NCBI GenBank assembly: GCA_964609495.1
Contig: CAZSTA010000006.1
Location: 1 to 41,095, forward strand
Length of the DNA: 41,095 nt
Reading direction: 5' to 3'
DNA from: an uncultured bacterium
GTDB taxonomy: Bacteria > CAZSTA01
The notes beneath the pieces were generated by a model. The model worked only from the letters and a program-made list of their open reading frames with translations. It ran no database searches and had not been told where the DNA came from. Shown here in pieces: positions 27,582 through 37,788 of this stretch; position 1 is the stretch's first letter; every line of letters begins with the position of its first letter. Position numbers and translations under genes: made by a program.

Positions 27582-27652
27582 AGATATAGATGTTCGAGCA
27601 AGGGTTTTTATTTAGCGATGCTTATAAGATTCAATTATAAGGAGGGAAAATT

Positions 27653-28108
27653 GTGGATAACTTGAAACTTGTTACCTATTGTGGTGGTCTCTACTGTGGA
27701 CTTTGTGCTGAACATGGACGCATTCCTCGTCAGGCTAATGCTCTTAAGGAATCGATGACCAAAGAAGGTTACGAGTTTTTTGGCAAGAAATTGCCCGGAT
27801 TCAATGATTTTTGGAAGTTCTTAACCGACCTTTGCGATCCTGACAAAGCTTGTCCTGGATGTCGGCAAGATGGTGGATTCCCCTCTTGTTCGATCAGAGA
27901 ATGCGCCCGTGAACGAGAAGTCGATATTTGTGTCTTTTGTGAGGAGTATCCCTGTGAACGGGTGCTTGAACTTGCCAAGGCTTATCCCACTCTTCTTGCC
28001 GATGGGAAGAGAATGCAAGAGATTGGAGTTGAGGCTTGGATTCAGGAACAGGAGGAGCGAGCGAAGACCGGCTTCGCGTATGCTGATATTCGCGTTCCTG
28101 AGGAATAA
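27653..28108 (+). CDS. DUF3795-type Cys-rich (probable metal-binding) protein
   Basis: YCGGLYCGLC...CPGCR...CSIRECA....DICVFCEEYPC; AAGGAGG RBS. Confidence 0.8.
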   Translation: MDNLKLVTYCGGLYCGLCAEHGRIPRQANALKESMTKEGYEFFGKKLPGFNDFWKFLTDLCDPDKACPGCRQDGGFPSCSIRECAREREVDICVFCEEYPCERVLELAKAYPTLLADGKRMQEIGVEAWIQEQEERAKTGFAYADIRVPEE

Positions 28109-28125
28109 TTTTGTTATGAAACAAA

Positions 28126-28245
28126 ACTGATGAGGAAACCACGATCGAATGGGTTATGCTTCATCTAATCGAACACAACTTCCAGCACGTTGGTCAGATA
28201 TTAATGATCATTCGTTTGATGGGAAAGGGTCCTCATCATTTATAA
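28126..28245 (+). pseudogene. 3' remnant of a DinB/DUF664-superfamily gene
   Basis: TDEETTIEWVMLHLIEHNFQHVGQILMIIRLMGKGPHHL*, carrying the H..EH..QH.GQ motif; an in-frame stop lies just upstream and there is no 5' part. Confidence 0.7.
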
Positions 28246-28275
28246 ATTAAAATATCAAAGGAAGGAGGAATAAAT

Positions 28276-28626
28276 ATGAACCACACAATTTGTCACTTCG
28301 AGATTCCAGCAGAGGATGTCAAGAAGCTCACCAGTTTCTACTCAAAGCTATTCGGGTGGAAGATCAATAAGGCCGCCGAAGATTATTATCTGATCGATAC
28401 TGGTGGCGTTGGTGGCGGGATTATAGAGAAGAAGCATCCCAACCATCAACCAGCGAACTACATCCTAGTGGAATCAGTAGAGGAGTATAGCAAAAAGGCT
28501 GAGGAACTAGGAGGAAAGGTCGTTATGTCTAAAACTCCTGTTCCTGGTATGGGCTGGTTTGCGGTGCTTATAGATCCAGAGGGTAACCAACTAGCGCTCT
28601 GGCAAGATGATAAGAGCGCGAAGTAG
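28276..28626 (+). CDS. VOC/glyoxalase family protein
   Basis: ICHFEIPA.D....FY..LFGW, YILVESVE, LGGKV, PGMGWFA..IDPEGN. Confidence 0.93.
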   Translation: MNHTICHFEIPAEDVKKLTSFYSKLFGWKINKAAEDYYLIDTGGVGGGIIEKKHPNHQPANYILVESVEEYSKKAEELGGKVVMSKTPVPGMGWFAVLIDPEGNQLALWQDDKSAK

Positions 28627-28638
28627 AATCTAATCTAA

Positions 28639-28670
28639 GAGGTCATCAGGTTCTTATGCCCGATGACCTC
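28639..28670 (+). terminator. Stem-loop after the VOC gene
   Basis: GAGGTCATC...GATGACCTC inverted repeat. Confidence 0.6.
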
Positions 28671-28878
28671 ATCCCCCAATTAAATATAAGATTTCCCCTC
28701 CTAAATAATAACTATCGACAAAGGCTTCATATTATTGTATAATATAGATCAAGGAATAATATAAGCACCTCTTAAAATTCCCTCCTAATAGAGCGGAGAT
28801 ACCTTAGGTCCAGCTCTCGATTCTCAAATCTAGCCTGTAAGTTTACGCTTAGCTGTTAGCCCAAAAAAGGGAGATTAT

Positions 28879-30501
28879 ATGAAAGATCCTAACGAGAAGT
28901 TATTAGGAGTAAGCTATCATATCTGGATTATATTTATCCTATGTTTAGGACTTGCGCTTAGAGTTATCAATTTAGGAGTTCCCCTGCTATGGCAGGATGA
29001 GGCAGAGACAGCTATAAACGGACTATCCATTCTAAAGGAGCGATTCCCCAGTCGAACCTTCAAAGGTCTCCCTATCTACGAGAATCTACTCTATATAAAA
29101 TCGGATGATCCTATGTATGAGTTCTCCGATGCAAGCTATCTGGCAAAGTATAAGACTTATCATGGTTGGGCACCTCTATATGTTGAGGCTCTATCCTATA
29201 AGTTATTTACTGCTAACAACTTTACCAGTAGATTCCCTATGGTCATCTTCTCCCTACTTTCTCTAATCCTTACCTATAAACTGGGCGAGTTGCTATATAA
29301 CAGAAAGGTGGCTATAATCGCTCTATTAATTCAGGCTCTAAATCCCCAGCTATTTTCCTATTATGATCGCCAAGCTAGATATTACTCTATGGAGATATTC
29401 TTCTACTTAGCAACTTTTTACTCCTTCCTGGTAGCGTTTAGGAGAGATAAGACGATCTATTATATCTTGGGTGGGGTTTCTATCGCCTTGTTGTTTCATA
29501 CTCACTCCGTCGCTTCTTTAATCTCCTTCCTAACAGTTATAGCTTATGTGATCGTCTCTCGCAGGAGCATAAAATGTCTCTTCTCCAAGAAGATGTTCAT
29601 ATCCTATTTCACCCTTGCGATTTTGACTATCCCCTGGATCATATTAGTTCGCTTCTGGCAAAATAAAGGGAATGTCTCCCTAACTGGTTTACAAGCATTC
29701 AGTTGGAACTCTATATATCAACCTTTCTTCCTACTTATGAATCACGGGTCGTTATATCTCGTGGCTATAATTGGGATCATTGTGCTTATTGCGAATATCA
29801 TGCCAATGACAAGGGAGTTGATGAGGAGATATAAATTAAGATGGCTTGAGGATGATTCCAATCTCTTTCTCCTAGCTTGGGTGCTAATGGGGATGTTTAT
29901 ACTGCCCTTCTTTATGCCTAAGAGAGCCATCCATACCAGAATATTTATAATTTTGTTACCAGCTTTTTTCATCATTATAAGCTTGATCTTCAACTCGATG
30001 CTATCTATGTCAAATAGGAAGGCTGGCAAATTTATTTGCCTTATCATTATTCTGGTTCTCTCCTTTACATCCTTCGGCGTTCCCCGAGTTCAATATTATC
30101 ATCTAGGAGGAGGATGGCTTGCTAATTTTATAAAGGTGATAATTGGGGAATTGGATTATGGAGCTAATTGGGTGAGCGAGGTGATCGCCTTCCTGGATAG
30201 CCAAAAAGTTCCAGAAAATACTTTAGTTTTATGCACCTCTCAACATCTATCCCTCCTCTTATACAGTAAATACCCTGTTCAATCAACGTGGCCAATTAGA
30301 AAGAGCTTTATAGATAACTATGATAAAGAGCTGTGGATAGTGGAAGGGATAAATACCGAATATCTATGTAGGTTTTTCTATCGCTACGTGAATCCAGAGG
30401 AGAGGTGTGGTGGAAACAAGAATTATTATGAAAGGGCAAGTAAAGGGGAAAAACTTGAGTTTCGTTCGGGGGTAGTGATATATAAAATCCCTGTTCGATA
30501 G
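28879..30501 (+). CDS. GT-C fold glycosyltransferase (family 39/ArnT/PMT-like)
   Basis: LWQDEAETA, SRFP, QARYY, many TM helices. Confidence 0.85.
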   Translation: MKDPNEKLLGVSYHIWIIFILCLGLALRVINLGVPLLWQDEAETAINGLSILKERFPSRTFKGLPIYENLLYIKSDDPMYEFSDASYLAKYKTYHGWAPLYVEALSYKLFTANNFTSRFPMVIFSLLSLILTYKLGELLYNRKVAIIALLIQALNPQLFSYYDRQARYYSMEIFFYLATFYSFLVAFRRDKTIYYILGGVSIALLFHTHSVASLISFLTVIAYVIVSRRSIKCLFSKKMFISYFTLAILTIPWIILVRFWQNKGNVSLTGLQAFSWNSIYQPFFLLMNHGSLYLVAIIGIIVLIANIMPMTRELMRRYKLRWLEDDSNLFLLAWVLMGMFILPFFMPKRAIHTRIFIILLPAFFIIISLIFNSMLSMSNRKAGKFICLIIILVLSFTSFGVPRVQYYHLGGGWLANFIKVIIGELDYGANWVSEVIAFLDSQKVPENTLVLCTSQHLSLLLYSKYPVQSTWPIRKSFIDNYDKELWIVEGINTEYLCRFFYRYVNPEERCGGNKNYYERASKGEKLEFRSGVVIYKIPVR

Positions 30502-30534
30502 AGGCTATTCTCACGAACCAAAGGAGGCATAAAT

Positions 30535-30885
30535 ATGCTATTAGAGAGAATACTCAAATTTCTATTGATAGTTAATTTTCTTGGTATTTGCGGATTTTGG
30601 ACGCTCTTTCTACTTAACCCTCCAGAGCCTATCACTTTAGAATTAACGACTCACATAATAAGCGAATATCTCACTGGTATCGCCGCCTTAGTCTCATTTA
30701 TCCTTCTCCTAAAACGCAGTAAGATCTCGCGGTATATCTTACTCTTCTCCCTTGGTATGCTATTTTATGCTTCTTCTCAAGCGATCGGGTGGGTTACAAC
30801 AGTGAGAATATATCCCTTGTTAATTCTAATGGCTGTGAATATAATAATTATAATCCCTTATATGATCGCCCGTATTATCCACTAG
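30535..30885 (+). CDS. Hypothetical 4-TM membrane protein
   Basis: 116-aa hydrophobic ORF with AAAGGAGG RBS. Confidence 0.65.
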   Translation: MLLERILKFLLIVNFLGICGFWTLFLLNPPEPITLELTTHIISEYLTGIAALVSFILLLKRSKISRYILLFSLGMLFYASSQAIGWVTTVRIYPLLILMAVNIIIIIPYMIARIIH

Positions 30886-30937
30886 GATATTGAGGAAGGT
30901 CTTCAGTCAGGGGTCAGTAGAGTGGTTTTGACGACTG

Positions 30938-31117
30938 CTAAGACTCCTTCTTCTCCTCCGTTTCCTCCTCCCGCTCATCCTGAGTAGTAGCCTTCTTAAA
31001 TTCTCTGATACTCCTTCCTATAGCTTTTCCCACCCCGGGAAGCTTACCAGGTCCAAATATTATCAAAGCTATGACTAGGATTACAATTATCTCGGGTAAT
31101 CCAATATGTCCAAACAT
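30938..31117 (-). CDS. tatA: Twin-arginine translocase TatA/TatE subunit
   Basis: [43 protein letters not shown]...; GGAGGG RBS. 59 aa, missed by the ORF track. Confidence 0.95.
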   Translation of the reverse strand: MFGHIGLPEIIVILVIALIIFGPGKLPGVGKAIGRSIREFKKATTQDEREEETEEKKES

Positions 31118-31195
31118 CAGTCTATCCCTCCTACCGATCTAAGCAGTTCTAACGGCTAGATCAAATGTTTACTTGTTACTACTTCTCATCCGCTC

Positions 31196-32050
31196 TTAAA
31201 TAATAGGTTTTATACTCCCAAATAGAGAGCAAGCTTTCTGTTGAGTAGACTCGAATATATCCCCTACACCCGCCGCTACCAGAGAATAGTAGAAGCGATC
31301 TTTGACGATCACCCCTCCCCAAACTTTGATTTCGATATTGGTTTGAGGATTACGCCCCGCAAAAATCATAATTGCGGCAGGGATCCCTCCAATTTCATAA
31401 TATCTTGGCTCCCCCTGAGAAGTTACGAAAGGAAACTGTTGTTGAATGAGCGTCATCCCTTGTCGAACTAATCTTCCCAATCTCATCTCAGCCTCTGCTT
31501 CGGAGAGTTGACCATATATGAGAAAGACAAACTCGTTTAGCACATCGCCCTCACTAGCAGTCGAATCAAAGACTATCACTCTCTCGGCTGTTCCCCGCCA
31601 CTTGACAGGCTCAGGTATCCATCCCTCTGGTAGTTTGTAAGTAAAGCTATTATCTGGCGATTTCTGGAGATTTTTATCCTTCCTGAGCTCCGCTAGCTCT
31701 TTCTCCAACTCGCTTTTCTTCATCTGGTATTCCTCATCCGTTAGAATACCAGATTGATGAGTTTCCTCTAAAGCCGCTAATTTATCTAAAATCCCTTGCT
31801 CTGCTTCGCTTCTCTGAGTTTCAAGTGAAGCTAACTCAGCCTCTAATTTCGCCCTCTTCTCCTCATATTCCTCTTTAGTTAAGATACCAAATTCAAAAGC
31901 TTTATCTAAAACACTCAGCTTATCCAAAAGTCTCTGCTCAGCTTTAATTACTGTCTCCTCGGCAGCTTGAACTTGCAGGACGAACAGGCTAACAAGCGAT
32001 AAAAATATCACTAGAGAAATGACTTTTATTCCCCTCACTATCCTGCTCAC
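31196..32050 (-). CDS. Exported protein with two SHOCT-like repeats and a PsbP/DcrB-like C-terminal domain
   Basis: Signal peptide (VQA/A); L..L....GILT.EEY..K...L twice; FTYKLPEGW, EIGGIPA. Confidence 0.7.
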   Translation of the reverse strand: MSRIVRGIKVISLVIFLSLVSLFVLQVQAAEETVIKAEQRLLDKLSVLDKAFEFGILTKEEYEEKRAKLEAELASLETQRSEAEQGILDKLAALEETHQSGILTDEEYQMKKSELEKELAELRKDKNLQKSPDNSFTYKLPEGWIPEPVKWRGTAERVIVFDSTASEGDVLNEFVFLIYGQLSEAEAEMRLGRLVRQGMTLIQQQFPFVTSQGEPRYYEIGGIPAAIMIFAGRNPQTNIEIKVWGGVIVKDRFYYSLVAAGVGDIFESTQQKACSLFGSIKPII

Positions 32051-32212
32051 CCTTCCTCGATAAAGGTATTACCTTATCCCTTCTAATTATATTATATTAT
32101 CTCCTTATATGCAACTTTTTTTTGATTGACTTTTCTCTTTCAATATGTTATATTTAGACCGATATGCTTTTCCAATCAGGTTGAGAATGATTATGACGAG
32201 GGGGAATTATAA

Positions 32213-33016
32213 GTGATACCTTGCATTAATGAAGCTACCACTATGAAATGCGATTTTGCAACTGATATTAAAGCCTATGGTCAGGCTGGATTTGAGGCGG
32301 TTGAACTCTGGCTGGCTAAGGTGTACGAGTACCTCAAAGATCATAGCTTGGATGATGCTAAAAAGTTGCTCAAGGATCATAGCTTGAAGTCCGTATCTGC
32401 TTGCTACAAGGGTGGACTGATGTTGGTGGAAGGAGAGGAAAAGGAGAAGAGCAGAAAGGAGTTCGAGGAAATTCTCAAGATATGTGGGGCTCTGGAGACG
32501 CCAATTCTCATCGTTCCTGAATCCAGTCCCCAATGTGAAAAGGGAATGTATGAGAAGGCTAGCGCGAATATGCAGGAGGCAGCCGATATAGCCAAAAAAT
32601 ATGGCGTGACGCTAGCGATGGAGTTCCTCAAAGGCTCGAAGTTCCTAGGAAGCCTGAAAACCGCGACCTATCTTAATCGCAAGATCGATAGGAAGAACGT
32701 GGGAATATTATTTGATACTTTCCACTTCTACGCGGGAGTAAGTAAGATGGCTGATATCGCCGAGTTGAAGAAGGGCGAGATCAAGTTCTTCCACGTAAAT
32801 GATGTTGCTCCAGAAGTCCCACGCGATGCCTGGGAGGATAGGCACAGAGTGTTGTTGGGAGAAGGCGTCCTGCCTCTCAAGGAGATTTGTAAGGCAGTTG
32901 AGAAAACAGGATATACAAGTTACGCATCCTTGGAATTATTCAGCAAGAAACTTTGGGCAGAAGATCCTCTGGAAGTAGCCAAGAAGGGATTGGCTAGCTT
33001 CAAAAACATAGAGTGA
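32213..33016 (+). CDS. Sugar phosphate isomerase/epimerase (TIM barrel, IolI/IolE-like)
   Basis: AGFEAVELW, LAMEF, FDTFHF, FHVND, R...GEG, SLELF. Confidence 0.92.
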   Translation: MIPCINEATTMKCDFATDIKAYGQAGFEAVELWLAKVYEYLKDHSLDDAKKLLKDHSLKSVSACYKGGLMLVEGEEKEKSRKEFEEILKICGALETPILIVPESSPQCEKGMYEKASANMQEAADIAKKYGVTLAMEFLKGSKFLGSLKTATYLNRKIDRKNVGILFDTFHFYAGVSKMADIAELKKGEIKFFHVNDVAPEVPRDAWEDRHRVLLGEGVLPLKEICKAVEKTGYTSYASLELFSKKLWAEDPLEVAKKGLASFKNIE

Positions 33017-33023
33017 GAGGCAG

Positions 33024-34007
33024 GTGATCGGAGTGACTATTAAAGTAGGAGTAGTCGGTCTAGGGATAGGACAGCGACATCTGATGGAGTATTCCCTCCT
33101 CGATAACGTTCAGATCGTAGGAGCGGCCGATGTGGATGAAACTAGAGCGAAGGAGATCGCGGAGAGATTCGATACCAAGCCCTACTTCAGTCTAGCTCAG
33201 ATGATCGAGAATGAGGATTTGGATGCGGTTAGTATTTGTACTCCACCTAAACCCCATCTTGAACTAACCAAGCTAGCCGCTGAGAATAAGATACATATAC
33301 TCTGTGAAAAGCCAATGGCTCCCAAGATAGAGGATTGTGAGAGAATGATCGAGGCTTGCGAGAAAAACGGAGTCAAATTGATGTTGGGATTTAAGAAGAG
33401 ATTCGCTCCTGCTTTTAACTTCGTGAAGGAACACTTTGAAGAGTGGGGAAGACCATTCTGGGCATTTTATAAGTATCCTATAGGTTATGTGGATAAGGAC
33501 TGGTTCTGGGCTTCTGACGATGGACGAGGTCCGACGGTTGAGAATACTGTCCACTCGATAGATATGTTACGTTACCTCCTGGGAGAGGTCGATAGGATCT
33601 ACGCGGAGGCGGATACATATCTGGCGAAGGATCGGGCGGAATATGATTCTACTGTCTTCACCTTCCGCTTCAAAAGTGGGGCGATCGCGGCTATCGGAGG
33701 GGGTTGTAGCTCGATCTGGGGATTCACAACCGAGAGACTAGCTATCCATCTGGAGAAGGCGGTTGCGGAGATCGATGGCGCGCTCGATAGACCATCGCAT
33801 TTAGCTTATCGTCTGCGAAAGGACGAGGAGAAGCACGAGTTAAACTTTGAGAATGCCGATGGTTTCAAGGGAGAGATCGAACATTTCATCTCTTGCATTA
33901 TAAACGACGAAGAACCGAGAGCTACTGGACAGGACGGATTGGAGAATCTACGGATCTGCTTAGCGGTGAGCGAGTCGGCTACTAAAAACGCACCTGTTGA
34001 GTTGTAA
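33024..34007 (+). CDS. Gfo/Idh/MocA family oxidoreductase
   Basis: VGVVGLG.G, ICTP, HILCEKPMA, HSID. Confidence 0.94.
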   Translation: MIGVTIKVGVVGLGIGQRHLMEYSLLDNVQIVGAADVDETRAKEIAERFDTKPYFSLAQMIENEDLDAVSICTPPKPHLELTKLAAENKIHILCEKPMAPKIEDCERMIEACEKNGVKLMLGFKKRFAPAFNFVKEHFEEWGRPFWAFYKYPIGYVDKDWFWASDDGRGPTVENTVHSIDMLRYLLGEVDRIYAEADTYLAKDRAEYDSTVFTFRFKSGAIAAIGGGCSSIWGFTTERLAIHLEKAVAEIDGALDRPSHLAYRLRKDEEKHELNFENADGFKGEIEHFISCIINDEEPRATGQDGLENLRICLAVSESATKNAPVEL

Positions 34008-34041
34008 TTTATAACGTCTATCTTCTTTACCTGATGAGGGG

Positions 34042-35376
34042 ATGATGTCGGAAGCGACCGTCGATAGAGAGGCTTTACAGGATTACGAAGGAGAGATAAA
34101 GCATAACTTCAAGTGGAACTTTACAATGCTTACGCTGGATGGCGTTTTCTTCATCTTCGCGTTGGGCTTTGTGAATGATTCCTCTATATTACCTGTATTT
34201 GTAAGCTCTTTGACAGATTCGAGCATTTTAGTGGGGTTAATAATCGCCCTAAGGATGGCTGGCTGGTATATTCCTCAGCTATTCATAGCTAGGTATTCGG
34301 ATAATTGGAGACGAAAGAAACCCTTCGTCGTCCTTATCTCGGCTACCACTAGAGCTGTATTCGTTCCCTTAGCTCTGATAACTTACTTCTATGGACGCTC
34401 TAATCCTGTCCTAGTCCTATCGGTATTCTATCTCTCATTCGCTATCTTTACCTTTGGGGATGGAACAGTGGGGGTGCCCTGGATGGATATGATGGCTAAG
34501 GCGATCCCCACTCTCTATCGAGGTCGTCTCTTTGGAGGTATGCAATTCGTTGGAGGGCTCTTAGCTATGGGAGCGGGTATCCTCATCAAATACATCCTGA
34601 GTCATCCCCAATACCCCTTTCCCCAGAATTATGCTTTGCTCTTCCTAATAACTTTCATCTTCATTGAGCTATCGGCTCTAGCGGTTTACTTGTTTAGAGA
34701 GCCGATATATCCTCGAAGACGGACGAGAAAGACCTTCAGGGAACATCTGAGAAACCTGCGGATGGTGATGAAAAGGGATAAGACCTTCTCCACAATGATA
34801 ATTGCGAAATTATTGGGCGGTTTTGGAGGGATGTCCTTTCCCTTCTATGCGATTTATGCTAAGGACATCTTAGGAGTGAACATAGGGATGATAGGCCTCT
34901 TCGTTACTGCTCGGATGGTTGGAAACACTTTAGCAAGCCCTTTCTGGGCTTACATAAGCGATAAGGTGAGCAATAGGTTGGTGATCAGATTATATTTCAT
35001 AGTCGCTATATTGACTCCCTTATCCACCCTATTTTTAGGGTATGGAACTCGTTATGGGCTATTCGCAGGCAAAGAATATCTATTAGGATACCTCTATCTC
35101 TCGATATTTTTTCTAATCGGTTTTGTTGCCTCAGGAGAGTGGTTGGGTTATACGAACTTCACTCTGGAGATCGCTAAACCAGAGGAACATTCAACCTATA
35201 TCGCTCTACTCAACAGTTTGAGCAGCCCTTTAGTTATATTGCCCCTCTTAGGGGGGATGGTAGTTCAATGGATCTCGTATGAGGCTGTCTTTATAACTTC
35301 GACGCTATTTATTACGATAGGGCTTTGCCTCACAAGACGATTAAGGGAACCGAGGCAGAAGCTTATTTCGAGTTGA
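34042..35376 (+). CDS. MFS transporter
   Basis: About 12 TM helices; WMDM..K.IP...RGRLFG; SDKVSNR loop motif. Confidence 0.88.
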   Translation: MMSEATVDREALQDYEGEIKHNFKWNFTMLTLDGVFFIFALGFVNDSSILPVFVSSLTDSSILVGLIIALRMAGWYIPQLFIARYSDNWRRKKPFVVLISATTRAVFVPLALITYFYGRSNPVLVLSVFYLSFAIFTFGDGTVGVPWMDMMAKAIPTLYRGRLFGGMQFVGGLLAMGAGILIKYILSHPQYPFPQNYALLFLITFIFIELSALAVYLFREPIYPRRRTRKTFREHLRNLRMVMKRDKTFSTMIIAKLLGGFGGMSFPFYAIYAKDILGVNIGMIGLFVTARMVGNTLASPFWAYISDKVSNRLVIRLYFIVAILTPLSTLFLGYGTRYGLFAGKEYLLGYLYLSIFFLIGFVASGEWLGYTNFTLEIAKPEEHSTYIALLNSLSSPLVILPLLGGMVVQWISYEAVFITSTLFITIGLCLTRRLREPRQKLISS

Positions 35377-35394
35377 TCGAGGAGGTGAAAGGTA

Positions 35395-35793
35395 ATGGAG
35401 AAAGAGGATGCTGGAGAAAAGGGGAAAGTCTGGGACGCTCCTAGAAAATACCCAAGATTGAATTATTCTCATTTAGTCGCCTACTCCCATTACGACGAGG
35501 AGGGCAGTTTAGATAAAGATGGAGGGATGGGAGCAACTCGGAATATCAGCCTGGGAGGAGTTATGATCCGAANNNNNNNNNNCGCTGAGGAGGGAGCTTT
35601 CCCCCCAGGAACGAAGATAGAGTTAGAGATCGATATAGATGATGAGGTCGTATCCGCCTTGGGCAGGATAATTCATATCAAAGCTGTGGAGCGTGGATTC
35701 TACGATGTAGGGATTCAGTTCATCAAGATAAGCGATGAGGACCTAGAAAAGCTAAAAGCATTCTTTAGAAATAAAGGACAGGATATTACATAA
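35395..35793 (+). CDS. PilZ domain protein (spans a 10-N assembly gap)
   Basis: RKYPR (RxxxR), NISLGG (D/NxSxxG), GIQF. Frame across the gap is assumed. Confidence 0.8.
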   Translation: MEKEDAGEKGKVWDAPRKYPRLNYSHLVAYSHYDEEGSLDKDGGMGATRNISLGGVMIRXXXXAEEGAFPPGTKIELEIDIDDEVVSALGRIIHIKAVERGFYDVGIQFIKISDEDLEKLKAFFRNKGQDIT

Positions 35794-36727
35794 GAGCCAT
35801 TACTTCATCCAAACTGAAAGTGCCTTCCATAGGACCCTTCTTAGTAGTCGCTAAGGCTCCCATCGCATTAGCAAAGGCGGCGGTGCGTTTTAGATCCCAT
35901 CCTCGCAACATCCCATACACAAAGCCAGCATCATAGCAATCACCTGCTCCAGTAGGATCTATCGGATTCACCCTATAGGAGGGAACGGTAAATGTTTCCG
36001 AAGGGGTAAAGATCCTAGAGCCTCTCTCTCCCTCCTTCAAAGCCACGATAGGGATACCCCTCCCGATCAATCGCCGACAAGCCTCCTCAGAGCTTTCCAC
36101 CCCCATCAACATCTGGGCTTCTTCTCCACTGGGCAGAACCAGATCGCATAGCTCCAGTATCGGTTGACATATCTCCCTTATCTTATCCACTCCTAGTAAT
36201 TCTGGCCTCAAATTCGGATCTAAACTTATCTTCCCTCCCCTATTTTTCACCAATTCGGCGGCTTTATAACAAGCGGATTTACAATCGTCATTAATTGACA
36301 GAGCAGAGCCCATAATGTGAAGAAATTTAAAAGATGAGACATAATCCTCTTGTATATGATCGGGATTAAGCTGACCTGCGGCGGCGTAACGCAAGTGGAA
36401 GATAAACTTTCGACTTCCATCCTTGAAATAGGCTACGAAGGCGACTCCCGTGGTATAACCCTCCGGTTTTGTTATATAAGTGGAATCGACCCCATCAGCC
36501 TCTAACCTCTCAGTAATACACTTCCCAAAATCATCATCGCCTACACATCCTATAAATCCGCACCTCACCCCTAATTTAGCTAGCGCATCGAAGAATATCG
36601 CAGGAGCACCGCTGGGGAAAGGTCCAACGAAATCCGCTGGCTTATCGAGAGGTTGTTCTATCTCCTTACGCATAACCTCCACTAACAGCTCACCTAAAGA
36701 TAGCACTTCATAAGCCATATCTATCAT
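35786..36727 (-). CDS. PfkB family sugar kinase
   Basis: GELLVE, SGAPAI, VGDDDFG, DPNLRP, DPTGAGD. Confidence 0.95.
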   Translation of the reverse strand: MIDMAYEVLSLGELLVEVMRKEIEQPLDKPADFVGPFPSGAPAIFFDALAKLGVRCGFIGCVGDDDFGKCITERLEADGVDSTYITKPEGYTTGVAFVAYFKDGSRKFIFHLRYAAAGQLNPDHIQEDYVSSFKFLHIMGSALSINDDCKSACYKAAELVKNRGGKISLDPNLRPELLGVDKIREICQPILELCDLVLPSGEEAQMLMGVESSEEACRRLIGRGIPIVALKEGERGSRIFTPSETFTVPSYRVNPIDPTGAGDCYDAGFVYGMLRGWDLKRTAAFANAMGALATTKKGPMEGTFSLDEVMALM

Positions 36728-36755
36728 CCCTTTCCATCCCTAGATAGTTACATGT

Positions 36756-37697
36756 TCACGGATTATTCCTCAACCATTCTGCATACTCCTTGATCCCCTC
36801 TTCAATCGTCCATCTAGGAGTATATCCCAGAATAGTTTTAGCTCGCGATATATCTATAGAGGGTCTCCTTATAAAGAACAAGCCAGGACCAAATTCGATC
36901 TCCGACTTCACTTCTGCATATTTCTGAGTTATAGCCGCTACTTCACTCAACTTATAAGGTTTACCGGTAGCGATATTGAAGACCTTATATTTCGGCTCCT
37001 CAGCCTTATACGCCAAGATGACACCATAAGCCGCATCCTCAACGTAGGTGAAATCTAAAGCTTGATCCCGTCCCGTGTCCAGACTGAGTTTTTCAAAACC
37101 CTCCAGAGAGCCAAATACCGTCTTGAAAAGAGGATTAATTACCGAAGGTTTCTTCCCCGGTCCATAGACGAAATAGAGACGAACACAGCGGAAATCTAAT
37201 CCATAATGGGTCTCATATTGAAAGCCGATCAACTCCGCCCCCGCTTTGCTAGCTCCATATAAATCGCTTGGCTCAAGCCCGGCCTCATCTTCGGAAGGGA
37301 CAGGCGTTCTCTTAGCCTCTCCATATACTGCCCCAGAGCTGATATTAACTAATCTCTTAATTCCGAATACCCTTGAGGCCTCTAAGATATTGAGAGTTCC
37401 AACCACATTGATAGAGACATTGCGGTGAGGATTAGCCCAAAAGTGCGGTCCGGCCACTATTGCGATGGTATGTATTACCCCCTCTATCCGTCCCTCATAT
37501 CTCCTGAAGGTATCCACTAGACGAGGATAATCAAGGATATCGCCTCGAACATAGATGATCCTATCCTTTACCTCCTCCAGATAATCAAATTCTCTCGATT
37601 GAATATCATATATTATTACATCATTTCCTTCCAGCGCTAGCAGTCTCGTTATCCACGAGCCAACTAGTCCATATCCTCCCGTAATCAAAATAGCCAT
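36756..37697 (-). CDS. NAD-dependent epimerase/dehydratase
   Basis: ITGGYGLVG, SSGAVYG, YGASK, VYGPG. Confidence 0.95.
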   Translation of the reverse strand: MAILITGGYGLVGSWITRLLALEGNDVIIYDIQSREFDYLEEVKDRIIYVRGDILDYPRLVDTFRRYEGRIEGVIHTIAIVAGPHFWANPHRNVSINVVGTLNILEASRVFGIKRLVNISSGAVYGEAKRTPVPSEDEAGLEPSDLYGASKAGAELIGFQYETHYGLDFRCVRLYFVYGPGKKPSVINPLFKTVFGSLEGFEKLSLDTGRDQALDFTYVEDAAYGVILAYKAEEPKYKVFNIATGKPYKLSEVAAITQKYAEVKSEIEFGPGLFFIRRPSIDISRAKTILGYTPRWTIEEGIKEYAEWLRNNP

Positions 37698-37788
37698 TAT
37701 GATATCCTCCCTTCAGTCAGTAGAAAATGAAAATTCGTTCGCTCATATTGGATTCTGCGTGCTTAGCTAAAAATGTTTTTTATTTCTT

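Noticed and set aside
35573-35582. Run of N inside the PilZ gene
   Set aside because: Scaffold gap, not biology; the local frame and length are uncertain.
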